From the human T2T-CHM13v2.0 reference genome, Homo sapiens: a stretch of 64,000 bases of DNA. Positions 1-18,559 of this stretch are shown here, one piece after another. The DNA lies in assembly GCF_009914755.1 (NCBI RefSeq), contig NC_060934.1. One strand, 5' to 3'. Numbering within the stretch: the stretch's first letter is position 1; the number at the start of each line of letters is the position of its first letter. Both the position numbers and the translations under genes were made by a program. Under the pieces are notes generated by a model. It ran no database searches, was not told where the DNA came from, and was given only the letters and a program-made list of their open reading frames with translations.

Positions 1-156
1 GATGAGGTGGCAGGCGCCTGTAATCCCAACTATTCGGGAGACTGATGCAGGAGAATCGCTTGACCCAGAGGAGGCGGAGGTTGCAGTGAGCCAAGATCAT
101 GCCACTGCACTCCAGCCTGGGTGACAGAGTGAGATTCCGTACCAAAAAAAAAAAAA
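1..156 (+). mobile_element. Alu (AluS-like), right arm, cut by window edge
   Basis: Alu right-monomer consensus followed by an A tail. Confidence 0.95.
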
Positions 157-457
157 GAGACAGAAGGTGATCAATGTTATGTTCAAGTCTTCAGAAAATG
201 AGTGTGTGAACACAGTTCTGGGTATATTTTGAGGGGATTTATTGACACTCTATAAGCTGTCAATGGGTGCCAGGCTGCAATTCTCTGCTCTGCTGTCAAA
301 CATAATGAAACCTCCCACATAAAAGAAGTGAGGGTTCTGTGAAGAAATGGTTGATTCCAGGTCTGGAGCAGGAAGTGTAGATGATAATCCTGCGACATCT
401 TGTGCCAGAAAGCAAGAAGGCTAACAAAGACTACCAGAGTCTTGTCAAAAAGATGTA

Positions 458-1469
<1,012 letters not shown>

Positions 1470-1509
1470 CTAAAAAAGAGAAAAATTTCATTAGATACCA
1501 TTTCTGATT

Positions 1510-1890
1510 GATTTTTGTACATCAAACTTGTATCCTACAACTCTGCTGAGCTCATTTATTCTAGTAACTTGTAGACTCCATCAGGTTTTCTAAATTGACA
1601 ATCATGTTGCTGCAAGTAAAGACAGTTTACATCTTCCTTTACAATTTAGATGGCTTTTATTTCTTTTTCTTGCCTGATTGCACTGTTTAGAACCTCCAGC
1701 ATAATGCTGAATAGAGGTGGTGACAGCAGACATCCATCTTGTTCCTAATCTTAGGGAAAAGCACGCAGTCTTTCAGCATTAAATATGACAGCTTGTAGGT
1801 TTTGCACAGATGCCCTTTATCATACAGAGGAAGCTCTCTTCTATTCCTAGTATGCTGAGAATTTTTATCAGAAATGGATTTTGCATTTCT
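1510..1890 (-). mobile_element. Old L1M ORF2 fragment
   Basis: Typical antisense L1 ORF2 sequence (cttgttcctaatcttagggaaaa, cttctattcctagtatgctgaga). Confidence 0.8.
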
Positions 1891-1994
1891 CAGATGATGG
1901 ATAAACAAAACCCTGAAGTCAAAACACACTTCCATATGTACATATTATCTATAAAAGGATACCAAAGACAGGGAAAAAAAGGAAATATTTAAAT

Positions 1995-2837
<843 letters not shown>

Positions 2838-3208
2838 TAAGCAGTGGTCTGTCATCTCCTGGAGCTTTTCAAAAGAGCTATAATGGAAGTATAGCTATTC
2901 TGGTCACATTCTAACTCGGGTACAGCAGGATTGTACCCTGGCCTTCAGCTGTTCCTCCAAAGTCTTAATTGCAATGGCATTCTACCCTATGAAATCTTGC
3001 CATGTGGTAGTACTACCAATGTAGGTCAGAAACTAAGGACACAGGGTTGGGTACACAGGAAATGAACAATAAATAATTAATGACTAATTAAGTGTTGGCC
3101 AAGATGAACCTTCATTTCCCGGCTGGATGAAGTGCTGTGTATCTATTATGAATAGTCAGTAAATTGGGCTGAAGGGGCATAAAAACACAGGATTAAGATA
3201 TGATACCC

Positions 3209-3894
<686 letters not shown>

Positions 3895-4729
3895 TTATAA
3901 TGTCATCTTATAATTCTTATAATTTATTTCCCTATTAAAACTTATTTTTACAAGGTTAATTACAGCTTTTTGTTACTTTCTACACTCTGCAAGTATTCGT
4001 AACCATGATAAATAAGGATAAGAAAATAAGAAACCATTTGACATAGATGGCTATTTGAGAGTCTCATTTCTGTTTAGTTTAGTTCAACTCTAACCAAAAT
4101 GATTCAAGTCCTGCTCCAATAGTAGACTTCATCTAGTATATCTGCATTATTTATCACACTAGGAGGAGGAGAAGGGACAGATTTTTATAAAAAGGGATAC
4201 AAATCAATAAGAGGCTTTAACAGATGGGGTCTTGGTTGAGGGCCCCAGCAGCCTCTTCAGGTCCAGTGCTGAAAATCATTCAGCTGAAAGACCCAGGGAC
4301 ATTTGTTCAGCAAGTCACTTAGGGAATCAGCATCTTGCTAAATGTAACCTACCTGGTCTGAGACAAAATGATGGCTACACATCTGCTCAGAGTAGTCAGC
4401 AGTGAGCACACTAAGTTGCAGCCACAGAGCAATATTCAGTATTATTGCTGCAAGTAATGCAATACTACTATCACCATGTATGCCCCCTTCCTGAGCAACT
4501 GAATAGAGATAGTTTGGCATTTGGGAAGGCATTTCAAGTTGACCATGAGAAGCAAACACTGTATACACACAGTTCAGATCACTGGAGACGTGGCAGAAAG
4601 GGAGGAAGGAGGCACAGTAGCTGTCTGCAATAGTTTAGCATTCATGGTTCACCTATCCCTGGGTCCCTGATATTGTGCAAATCTGCCTTACAAACCCACA
4701 GTGTGATGAAGCTTTCTGCCCCAGTCTAA

Positions 4730-5105
<376 letters not shown>

Positions 5106-5621
5106 TATTCCAAGTCTTATAATACACAGTTCAACAGTAGTAGGGCCCAGACAGAAGAAATAACAAAGCTTTAAAATGAAAGCTCAATCCAGAGAACTCA
5201 AATAATTAGATTCAATCCATAAAGTGGGGAAATGATCTATGTCTGATGGCTATCAATGAGGTCCAAGATCTTAATTGTGCTTTCCTTCTCAAAATAACCC
5301 TCTCATCAGTATATAGATTTATATAATGCAAACACCTAAGGAAAACCATCAGCAACCTACCCCCCACCCCCATCCCAGCTCCCACTCAAAAACAAACAAA
5401 CAAAACAAACCTGGGAATTTGTAAGAAATATGAAGAAAATACAAATCCTCCAATTATAACTCCTGTCATTCAAATTATTTTCAAAAGGTTGCCACACATA
5501 AAGTATGGAAACTATGGTCAGAAGTTGAATCTCTTACCCTTCCCTGTGAAGAACTATTCTTTTTCTGATTTTTAAAATTAAGGAATAACTTTCATACAGC
5601 AAAACTTACCCTTTTTAGTGT

Positions 5622-6143
5622 TGTAATGGTTAATTTTATTATCAACTTGACTGGATTAAGGGATCCCTTAATGGTAAATCATTATTTCTGAGTGTGTTGA
5701 CAGGGGTATTTCCAGGAGACAGATTAGCATTTGAATCCATACACTGGGTAAAGAAGATCCACCCTCACCAATATAAGCAGCCATCATCTAGTCTGTTGAA
5801 AGCCCACCTGAATAGAACAAAAGGCAGAGGAAGGGCAAATTCTCTGTTTCTCTTTTCTTGAGCTGGGACGTCCATCTTCTCTTGCCCTTAGACATCAGAC
5901 ATCAGGAGCTCCTGGTTCTCCAGTTTTTGGACTCTAGGACTTACACTAGTACCACCCAAGTTCTCAGTCCTTCAACCTTTAATTGGAAGCCTACAGCATC
6001 AGCTCCCTGATTCTACAGCTTGCAGACAGCATATTGTGAAACAACTTGGCCTCCATAATCATGTGAACTAATTCCCATAGCCTATTTCCTCTTGTATAAC
6101 TATGTATATTTTATTGGTCTGTTTTCTGAAAAACCCTGATACA
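5622..6143 (+). mobile_element. MLT2-family (ERV-L) solo LTR
   Basis: Begins TGTAATGGTTAATTTT..TCAACTTGACTGG and ends ...CCCTGATACA. 5-bp TSD agtgt/agtat. Confidence 0.85.
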
Positions 6144-6620
6144 AGTATACAGTTCTGCAAGTTTTGAAAAATGCATACATCCAGATAATCACCACCACAG
6201 TCAAGATACAGAACAGTTTCATCACCTCAAAAGTTCCCCTGTGCCCATTTGTAATCAACCTCTCCTTCCAACCCCAGCCTCTGAAAACAACTGACCTATA
6301 CCCTGTCCCTATAGTTTTGCCATTTCCAGAATGTCATATAAATGGAATCATACAGCATGTAACCTTTTGGATCTGGATAGTTTCATACTGCATAATGCAA
6401 CTGAATTAATCCAGGTTGTTGCATGTATCAGTAGTTCATTCCTTTTTACTGTAGAATAGTATTTCATTATATAGATGTACCATAGTTTATCTGTTCCGCC
6501 GTTGAGAGACACTTGGGTTGTCCACAGTTTTGACAGTGTATAAATAAAGCCACTATAAACATTTGTCCAATCCAAGTTTTTATTTCACTTGGGTAAACAT
6601 TTAGGAGTGGACTGCTGGAA
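6144..6620 (-). mobile_element. Old L1M 3' end, interrupted by the MLT2 LTR (other part ~5560-5621)
   Basis: Antisense L1 3' UTR sequence that is continuous across the LTR. Confidence 0.8.
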
Positions 6621-7040
6621 GGTCTACTTTGGAAAATATCTGCCTGACTCTATTTATGCTATTTCTATTTAGCAGATATGCAATTTCCCAAGGGAATAGC
6701 TGGGTTATTTTCTGTGATGCTTCTCTTTCTGGTCCATCAATATCATTTCTCTGCCCTCCCGGGTATAGGAAACACCTCCAAATCAGTATGACTTACAAAC
6801 TTCATTAATACTTTGTTTACTTTCAGCCCTAGTTCATTAATACAAATGCTAAATATGCCTGTTCCTCATCAGCACCCTGCAGCATCCCAGGAAATAACAA
6901 TCTTTCCCAACCACCCCAGCCCCCACACTGGCATTTAGGTTTACAGTCGTTTTGCAGTTCATTTTGCATCAACAGCTTCTTCTCTGTGTTCTTAATAATC
7001 AATTTTCAATTGAGCCAAGAATCTCCAGTATATCATGGGG

Positions 7041-7356
7041 TTTTTTGTTTGTTTGTTTGTTTGTTTTTTTAGACAGAGTCTTGCTCTGTGGCCCAGGCTG
7101 GAGTGCAGTGGTGCAATCTTGGCTCGGCTGACTGCAACCTGCACCTCCCGGCTTCAGGCGATTCTCCTGCTTCAGTCTCCCAAGTAGCTGGGACTACAGG
7201 TGTGCACCACCACACCCAGCTGATTTTTGTATTTTTAGTAGAGACGGGGTTTCACCATGTTGGCCAGGCTGGTCTCGAACTCCTGACCTCAAGTGATCCG
7301 CTGCCCTCGGCCTCCCAAAGTGCTGGGATTACAGGCGTAAGCCACTGCGCCTGGCC
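7041..7356 (-). mobile_element. AluS
   Basis: Alu consensus; TSD tccagtatat. Confidence 0.94.
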
Positions 7357-9099
7357 ATCCAGTATATTATCTTTAATAACTATAGGAAAACCAAACAGAG
7401 CTTTCCCCAACTCATTCATAGTTAGTCTACTTTTTGCCTATCATGGCAAAAAATGTGGCCACTTAGAAAACTGGAAGTGTTAATTCCCTAACATCAGCCT
7501 GTAAGCAAGTTTGGACTTTCTTACCCCTAAAACAGATAGTATCCCATCCTAAAAACAGTCTTTCAAATACATGCTGTATTAATTAAACTAGAGAACAGAA
7601 TAAAATGTCAGCATAATTAACATACGAAGCAACAGTATGGCCTGATTAATCACCATGAAGAGCAATCGAATAAAATACTATGCATTTTTATGGAGCAATT
7701 TAATCTGGCAAGTAATTAATCACAGAAACACTAAGCAAAACAAATGGATTTCCCTTTAAGGAAGTCACATTTATCATTTGTAATGTATCCCTAACTCTAA
7801 TTTGTTATCCCAATTCAAAATTGTCTAGGAGACAATGAATTGACAGGCTTAGTAGAACACTGATTTCTGATGAAAAAGAACATCCAGCTTTTCAAATCAA
7901 GTTATAGTCCTGCAGCACTCAAAGAGCTCAGGTTTGTGGGGCACAGGTATGTGGCATTAGGCATGGAAGGCTTAACCTAAATCTAAATCTAGGTCAGTTT
8001 AGTCAAATCTATAGATAATTAAATGACTTGTGAAAATATTTAGTATTAAGAGTAACAATTATAGATCACAGATATTACCAAAACCCCAAAGGGAGGACCC
8101 TCAGCAGAAGAAAACAGAGCTTTTGGTCTTCAGAACAAGCAAAAAGGGGGAGGGGGCATATCAACGCAGTGAGATTTAACTCAAAGAAATTCCTTTGTTC
8201 CCTCCTTCCCTCCCTTTCTTCTCTCCTTCTCTCCGTCCCTTCCTTTCTTTTTGTCTTAAACAATGACCCATTTTCCTTGAGCCCCCAACAGCCTCACCAG
8301 TTTGAAGAACACCAACAGGCTGATGTTTTGAATGGTCATTCAAAGGCAGAGTGACACACATTAGCTAAGGCTATCTTCATATCTCCTTCTTCCCAGCTCC
8401 CTCTCTGCTTGGCTACATTCGAGACTAGATGAACAGCCCTTTCTTTGCCAACGAAGCTCACAGCACTTTATAAGCCTTTCCCTTAATAGTCCCATCTCTC
8501 GCTGACTTTATTTCTCTCTGTGCTGTTCTTAGAGGGCTTTGCTTCTCTTCTTAGCAGACCCCTGTAGGCTGAAGCACATGGCAAAGTTCCAGGCTTCTGG
8601 TGGCTGCGGCACAGTGGTTTGTTCTTTACTGACCTGCTTGATCTCCAATGCTGGATCCTACGAAACATTCAATACTTACTAAACTGTACCGGGAGAGTTG
8701 TGCTTTTCACACTCCACCTTGTCTCTGCTCACTATTTAAGAAATGCTGTTGCAGATATCCTATTTATCCCAGAGCATTTCTTCTAGATTTTAACCCTTAC
8801 CTTTTTCCTTCAAACCTTTTACTCTAGTATTTCTGGGCTGTACCACTGGCTTAACGTAGATTCTTATCCTCTGCCTGGCCCTTCAGTCAATTTCTCTTCT
8901 GGAGAGTCCGCCTGGCATTTTTGTTCAGTGTTTCTCTGAGCTTCTGTCTCTGAATTGCCCTTGTTGGCTCCCTCCATCAGCCCAATAACTGAAGTACCAT
9001 TACTCCCAGCTAATCCTAGATCAGGCCCAACCAATATCCTAAATCCTCACTTCTCTAAGAGAAAGGAACTCTATGTTTGTTTATCTATTTTCGAGAAAG

Positions 9100-9600
9100 A
9101 GTCAATGTGTCACTAAGATGAGTGAGACATAGATGCTTCCTGCCTTCAAAGAGCTCACAGCCTAGTCAAGAGGACAACAGATAAGTAGACAGTTGCTGCT
9201 GTAGTGTGGCCAGGCCTGGCTCTAAGGATGAAGTGATGCTCAAAATGCACTATTTCAGGAGGTGAGTTGACAAGTTGGGAAAGGACATTCTAGGCAGGGA
9301 GGAATGGTATATCCAAAAGGCCTGGACTATAAAACAGTTTGTCCAGAGAATTCTAAGTGTCTCTGGTTTGTCCAGAGAACTCCAGGTGGTCTGGCATAGC
9401 TGCAGTGAGGTGACAGATAAGGACAGAGATTCTAGAAATAAGATGAAGAATGGCAATGCAGGCTACCCTACAGAGCTTAAATGTTTTTCTGTGGTGATGA
9501 GAGGGGCCAGCGAGGGGACAAGCACAGAGAGAAAAACGAGACAGAAAGAGGCAGGCAAGATGACAGGTGAGATCAGAGACTATGAGAATCCAAGTGAAAA
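9100..9600 (-). mobile_element. L2 fragment
   Basis: L2-like motif cctgccttcaaagagctcacagcctagt and neighbouring sequence. Confidence 0.6.
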
Positions 9601-9604
9601 AGAA

Positions 9605-11205
9605 ATATGAACAATAAATAAACTGTGGTACAGTTATGCAATAATAAAATACTGCTCAGCAATAAAAAGGAACTAACTACTAGATACTTGCACAAGCAAT
9701 GTTCAGAGCAGTATCATTCATAGTAGCCAAAAGGCAGAAGCAACCCAAGGGTCACCAACAGATAACTGGATAAACAAAATGTGGTATATACATACAATGG
9801 AACATTATTCAGCCTTGAAAAGGAAGGAAATTCTGACATATGCTACAACATGGATGAACCCTGAGGATATTATGCTAAGCAAAATAAGCCAGTCACAAAA
9901 AGATAAATACACTATGATTCCACTATAAGGTATCTAAAATAGTTAAATTTATAGAGACTCAAAGTAGAATGGTGGTTGGCAGGGGCTGGGGAAGGGGAAA
10001 ATGGGGAGTTGTTTAATCAGTACAATTTCAGTTTTGCAAGATGAAAAAGTTCTAGAGATCTGTTGCACAACAATGTCAATATACTTAATGCTACCAAACT
10101 TAACAAATCATTAGGATGGCAAATTTTATATTTCTTACCACAATTTAAAATCTTAAAAACGTTTTTTAAAAGGATTGAACTACTGATATATACCACAAAG
10201 TAGATGAATCTCAAAAACCTGATATTGAGTGAAAGAAGTCAGACACAAAAGAAGGCACACTATATGACTCTGTTCATATGTAGTTCCAGAACAGGTACAA
10301 CTAATTTGTGGTGACAGAAATCAGGAGAGGGCATAGTTCTGGGGAAAGGGACTACTGACTGGAAAAGAAGGGTCATGAGGGAACTTTCTAGGTTGAACTT
10401 TCTGGGGTTCTATGTCCTGATCTGGATGGTGATTTACATAGGTGGTATACATATATAAAAAGCTGTTTAGAATACCGCTACTGGGTATTTATCCAAAGAA
10501 AAATAAATCAGTATATCAAAGAGATACCTGCACTCTTATGTTTACTGCAGCTATTCACAATAGCAAAGATATGGAATCAACCTAAGTGTCTACGAATGGA
10601 CAAATGGATAAAGAAAATGTGGTATATACACATGATGGAATACTATTTGGCCATAAAAAGGAATAAAATCAAGTCATTTGCAACAACACAGATGGAAAAG
10701 GAGGTCATTATGTTAAGTGAAATAAGCCAGGCACAGAAAGACAAATTTCGCATGTTCTCACTCATAGGTAGTAGCTAAAAAGTTCACCTCATGAAGGTAC
10801 AGAGTAGAATGACACCAGAGGCTGGCTGGGAAGGCAGGGGTGCAGATAGAGTGGATAAAGAGAGGTTCGTTAATGGATATAACATATAGTTAGATAGAAG
10901 GAATACGTTCTAATGTTCAATAGCAGAGTAGGGTGACTACAGTTACCAACAATGTACTATATATTTTAAAATAGCTAGAAGAGAGGACTTGAACTGTTCC
11001 CAACACAGAAATGATAAATACTCAAGGTGATGATGGACACCCAAGATACCCTGACTTGTTCATTATACAGTCTATGCATGTAACCAAATATCACGTGTAC
11101 CCTACAAAAACATATAAATATTATACATCAATTTTAAAAAGGTGTCCAGTTACACACCTTCTAAGATTTTTAAATTTTACCATATATCAATATCTCAATT
11201 AAAAA
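9605..11205 (+). mobile_element. Nested old L1 3' ends: L1ME-like host with L1MB-like (~9690-10165) and L1MA-like (~10470-11140) inserts
   Basis: Three separate copies of the L1 ORF2 C-terminal/3'UTR motif (atgtggtatat..atggaata), each ending in an A-rich tail. Confidence 0.8.
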
Positions 11206-11213
11206 GGAAATAA

Positions 11214-11558
<345 letters not shown>

Positions 11559-13325
11559 CCTTCTATTTCTTAAGGTGAGTGGTTCATCTATGTTCATTCT
11601 ATGTCAAGTTTTATTATATATATTCATTAATAGAATTTATCAAATAGTTCATTTTTTGCATAAGTAGGAAATTAGTTCAGATTAATTGGGTAAAAGGAAC
11701 AGATTTTAATCCATCCCTATCTGAATCCCATCTAGTAAATTATCTCACAAGAAAGATGAAGTACATTCAAAACTGGTCAGAAATGAGATCCAACTACAGA
11801 TAGCTACTCCTGCTGCCTTTTCAGATGTGTCACCAAGATGAATGCATGTGAGGGGAGAACAATGGGAACCAACTGTCTTTGGAGCTTCCTTGAGATTGAG
11901 AATTTTCATCATATGAAAATGGTGTCTAATGAGAGAGAAATTAATGTCCTTCGGTACACTGGGTAGTGAAAATGCATTAGTACACTCCATGTTTGACATC
12001 CCACTCACATGTTAGTGGTTTTAAAAGAAATTATATAGAAACCAATTAGAAAAAAAAACTCTCATTAAACCTCTTACAACAGGAGCCCACTTTGCTAGAG
12101 CATGCACAATATCTGGACTCCAGGGAGAAATGTATAATCGAGGTAAAATTAATCAAAACCTACATGAAAAGAACAGCAAGAGACAGTTTAAGAAGAAAAG
12201 GCCTCAGTGTTAGAAATTCCTGAAATCTGATCACTGAGTGCATAATTCTGCTTATTATTATCTTCCACTATGTAACACTATATTTATAATTAGGCTGATA
12301 GCACAGTAAAATGACAGTAAAATGCAGACACAATTCATTTAACAATTAATCTACTGGAGCTAAAAAATCTTACCATGTCATTAATTGCCTGCTTAAAATG
12401 CTGCCTCAGTTTCAGTTTCAGATTATCACACCTTCTTTAAGAATGCAGAGAAATGCACACACTAGCAAGGCTTGTTTAGGGGAGAATTTGCAAGCAGCAG
12501 TGAGTTGCACACTTTTCCCTCCCTAAGGACCCCAACTCAGAAGAGCCTGTATTGTAACCCCCAAGCTTACTACTAATTAAAAGAGAAAACAGTGAAGAGC
12601 ATCTTCTTTCTCAGTAAAATTCTCCCACCTACTCTCACTCCAAAAATGTCTTTTTTTACTGCCCTTTACTTGTTATGGTCTAATTTCTCAACAAAAGAAC
12701 TAATGCTTGCTACAATCTTATTTTATTTTTTCAAATTATCCAAATGGTGAATCCCTCTGTTGCGGTTTTGGGAGAGTAGGAGGCTACAGGAAGATTTAAA
12801 CCACCCTATGAAGGTTGTCATCCCTGACTTTTCCATAAAAGAGTCTTATTTTTCTAGTCTAGCCCTGATGATTCCCCCACCCACAGATTTCTTCACAAAT
12901 TCATTCTTCACAAAGAGCTTTGCAGTTGATTCTTAAGTAAGGAATTTTTTCAGTCTTCAAGGCCATTTCATATAACAGCAGGCCAAAGCCCAGAAAGGGG
13001 AGAGATTAGTCCCAAATTATCCACCAAATCAGTAGCAGAGTCAGGAATAGATCAAAGCATCTGGATAAAGATGTAGAAGGCGTATTTATTAAATGTGCTG
13101 ATGATACAAAGCTGCAAAAGATAACAAATACACAGAATGACATAATCAGGATTCGAAAAATACCCTGAGAAGCTAGAATGATGGGCTGAAACCAACAAAA
13201 TACATTTAACAAAAATAAAGTGTTGCATATAGGTTAGTTTAAAAAGAAAAAAGCGAACTGTAGATGTTCAGAGGGGAGATTCACCAAAATAACAATAGTA
13301 GCTATCTTGAAGGGTGAGATTTTAG

Positions 13326-14154
<829 letters not shown>

Positions 14155-14630
14155 TCAAGTTTGCTATGAACCAACAATGTGATTCAGCTGCTGAATAACA
14201 TAATGCAATTGGAGGCTGCAAATAAAATATGTCCATATCATGCGTATAAATAGTCTCCTTGTAATCTGAGCTACATATCTAGGTTCCAGTTCTAGATGTC
14301 ATTCAATGCAGGAAACATTCACTGAATGCTTATTTGGTATAAGGCAGACCCTAACACCATATTTTAGGAGATAAATTAAGAAGTAAGAATATGTCCAAAG
14401 GACAATCATAGTATGTCAGAGATTTTGAAACCATAGCATATGAAGAATAGCTGAGAGAGAAAGAATGTTCAGCAGTAGTACACATGTTACTCCTTTGAAG
14501 AAGTTAACATTTAGAAAACAGGGTAAATTTTTTAGTGTTGTAACTAAAGGCAGAAATGGAATCAACAGGTTCAGGTTATAAAGAGAAAGACTGCAACATA
14601 TGAGATACTCATCATTTAAAAGAATGAACG

Positions 14631-14938
14631 GGCTGGGGGCCGTGGCTCAGCCTGTAATCCCAGCACTTTGGAAGGTCAAGGCGGGCAGATCACCTGAGGA
14701 CAGGAGTTCGAGACCAGCCTGGCCAACATGGTGAAATCCCATCTCTACTAAAAATGCAAAAAATTAGCTGGGCATGGTGGCAGGTGCCTGTAATCCCGGC
14801 TACCCAGGGAGGCTGAGGCAGGGGAATTGCCTGAACTCAGGAGGCGGAGGTTGCAGTGAGCCGAGATTGTGCTACTGCATTCCAGCCTGGGCAACAGAGC
14901 AAGACTCCCTCTCAAAAAAAATATAAATAAATAAAAAA
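14631..14938 (+). mobile_element. AluS
   Basis: Alu consensus. Confidence 0.93.
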
Positions 14939-15177
14939 TGAATGAATGGTCTGGAACCTAAAGTATTAAGCACTGTTTCTCTAAGTATTCAAACAGAAGC
15001 TGAATATATCTCCAACAAATGAGATTTATGCTTTGGGAAGGAGACTGACATAGATGGCCTCTTAGGTTCTTTCAGTGTTTAAGGTTCTGTGATCCAGGAA
15101 CTACTAACCTGCAGGGGCAAGGCCCAATAGAAAAGACGAGCTCTGGTACCTTAGCCATTCTGATATAAACCTGATAA

Positions 15178-15460
15178 TTTATTTTTTATTATTTTATTTT
15201 ATTTTTTGGAGACAAGGTCTCACTCTGTCGCCCAGGCTGGAGTACAGTGGTGTGATCATAACTCACTGCAGCCTCGAACTCCTGGGCCCAAGTAATCCTC
15301 CTGCCTCAGCCTCCAGAACAGCTGAGACTACAGGCATGTGCTACCATGCCCAGCTAATTATTTTTTTATTTTTTGTATGTTGTCCAGGCTAAACTAGTGA
15401 TCCTCTTGCCTCAGCCTCCCAAAGCGCTGGGATTACAAGTGTGAACCACCACATGCAGCC
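15178..15460 (-). mobile_element. AluJ, internally deleted
   Basis: Antisense Alu consensus. Confidence 0.88.
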
Positions 15461-16366
15461 AAACATGAGAATTTAGAGTGATTGAATATCTGAGTTATAT
15501 GGCCAGAGCTCTACTCTAACTTTTGGGAAAGATATGTGGAGAGGGAAAAATAAGGGATAAGATGAAAAACTGCACATGGTTTTAAAATAATTTATTTTTT
15601 AAGTACCCTAGATATAGAATGGAAAAGAGAAAGGAATTAGGGACCTAAACTATGCCTGTTTATACACTTTGTGGCTAGACCTTATAAAAGTTATAACTAG
15701 TAGCCAGTATTTTATAATTCAATGGCTACATTTCCTAGGAAGAGTTCCTTTGGGGAAAAAAATTAACCTTTTCTCAGGTGAAAACAAAATTTTTTTTCCT
15801 ACCTTGGAATTAATAATAATTAGGGAGTAGCACAACCCTAAAGGATCAGGGATAGTTATGCCAGCCAAAGCAGCCCATCTCCAGAGAGCCAGAGGCTCGG
15901 GAGAGCTGGCCGGGAAAGAACAAACGCCCAGGAATGATAGGGTTTGGATTGGTATATAGACTCTAGCCCCTTCTCATCCCTATGACCCCATTATAGAATG
16001 AGTCCACTGGAAATACCTTTCTTCTACACTGCTTCTCATTCACTCTCCCCCTCTCAATCTCTCTCTTCCCATAATTTTGATGCTTACCTAAAGAAATTGG
16101 AAATAACATATGGTAGGTCCTGCTAATTAAAAGCTTAGCAGAATAAAAGGCATATGTCAGATGGCTCACTTCAGACACCCATAAAAAGTTAAAGCTAAGA
16201 CTAAAAATTAAAGTTAATTTATCATACTATAAAATTATAGGTAGGAGATCCAATCAATTACTAATGGCACAAGTGCAAACCCAAGGCCTCTGCTGTCTAA
16301 ATACATATTTACAGAAATAATAAAGTGAGACAGTGGACCTAAAGAGAAGGAGAGAATGTACTCTCC

Positions 16367-16384
16367 TGCCATCAGGGGGCCATT
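16367..16384 (+). promoter_or_regulatory. Candidate CTCF motif TGCCATCAGGGGGCCATT
   Basis: Matches the CCASYAGRKGGC core at all but one position and lies in non-repeat DNA. Confidence 0.4.
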
Positions 16385-16667
16385 TACTTACCTACCTGGG
16401 ACCAAGAGCTATAATATTCTGCAGCAAACTGCCAATCATCCATTTCTTCTCCAATGTTCTTGGCAATTTCATCTGTAACTGTCTGCTCAGAACACAGCCC
16501 TTTAAATTTACCTCAAGGTCCATACTCTGAGTTACCACTAGACATCAGGAAGCAGCTACTCCATTATCACTGTCTTAGTCACACAGGCAGTCCTTCCCAG
16601 CCACCTCCAAAAGGCTCAAGTAAGTATTTGGCATAATTCATTAAGAAAGAGGATGAACACTAAGTTT

Positions 16668-17090
<423 letters not shown>

Positions 17091-17490
17091 AAAGAGAAAA
17101 TGTCAGTGTAGTTAACCAACAAAAAGGAATGTTTAATCATTTGCCAAAACAATAGTTAAAGTAAGGTCACCAGATACATACAAGATCTCTCCCAACTAAC
17201 TCACAAATATAATGAAAGGTTCTTATAAGGTTCCTCAGGTTGGCTGTTCACGTTCTTATAAAATCTGAGACTTTACACAGGGTGAGGCCCCATATCTACA
17301 AGGCTTCAAATGATACTCTCAGAGAATGCACCTGGAACCACTAAAGAGATCTTTTTCATAGTCAGGTAGCTTGATTCAGGACAGAGGGCTGAGCTCAAGA
17401 TTGACTCCCTTTCTCCTGGGAGCAATATTCTAGAAATAGTTCCTAATTTGAGCCAATAAAAACGGGCCACAATCGGCAGGCCCTACCTTA

Positions 17491-18040
<550 letters not shown>

Positions 18041-18559
18041 TAAATTTTTAAAAAGAGCACAGTACAAGAATGTCTTCTACAAACCATAAAGGAACTAGAC
18101 TCTAGTTCTAAAGACTCCAGACATAAAGGAACACACCTAACAACTCCTTCTTTGACTACATTATCTAAGTACTGTGTCCTTTCAAAATTATATTATTCCT
18201 GTTACTTTTGTACTTGTACTTTGTTATAAAGCTCAATATGCAGACCTTAAGAGCCAATGAGCACTGAATGCTCACATTTTGAGTAAAGGAAAAGAAATAG
18301 CTGTGGGCTATTAGCTCACCAAGGAATAAAGCAGGATCTAAAATGCTGTGTTTAACACCTACATGTGAGAAAATCTCCCACAAAGGAAATGTATGTATCT
18401 AAAATCTAAATACAGACTTTTTCCCCACTATCATCTAGTCCTTGCTCCAGAAATGATAAAGTGGACAAAATTAGAGTCCTGTTTCTAGTGAGTCCTCACT
18501 TTCTCAGGAAAGAGTGTCCTCTGCAAATAAAGTTTATTGAAGTGGGTGTTGTGTGTGTA

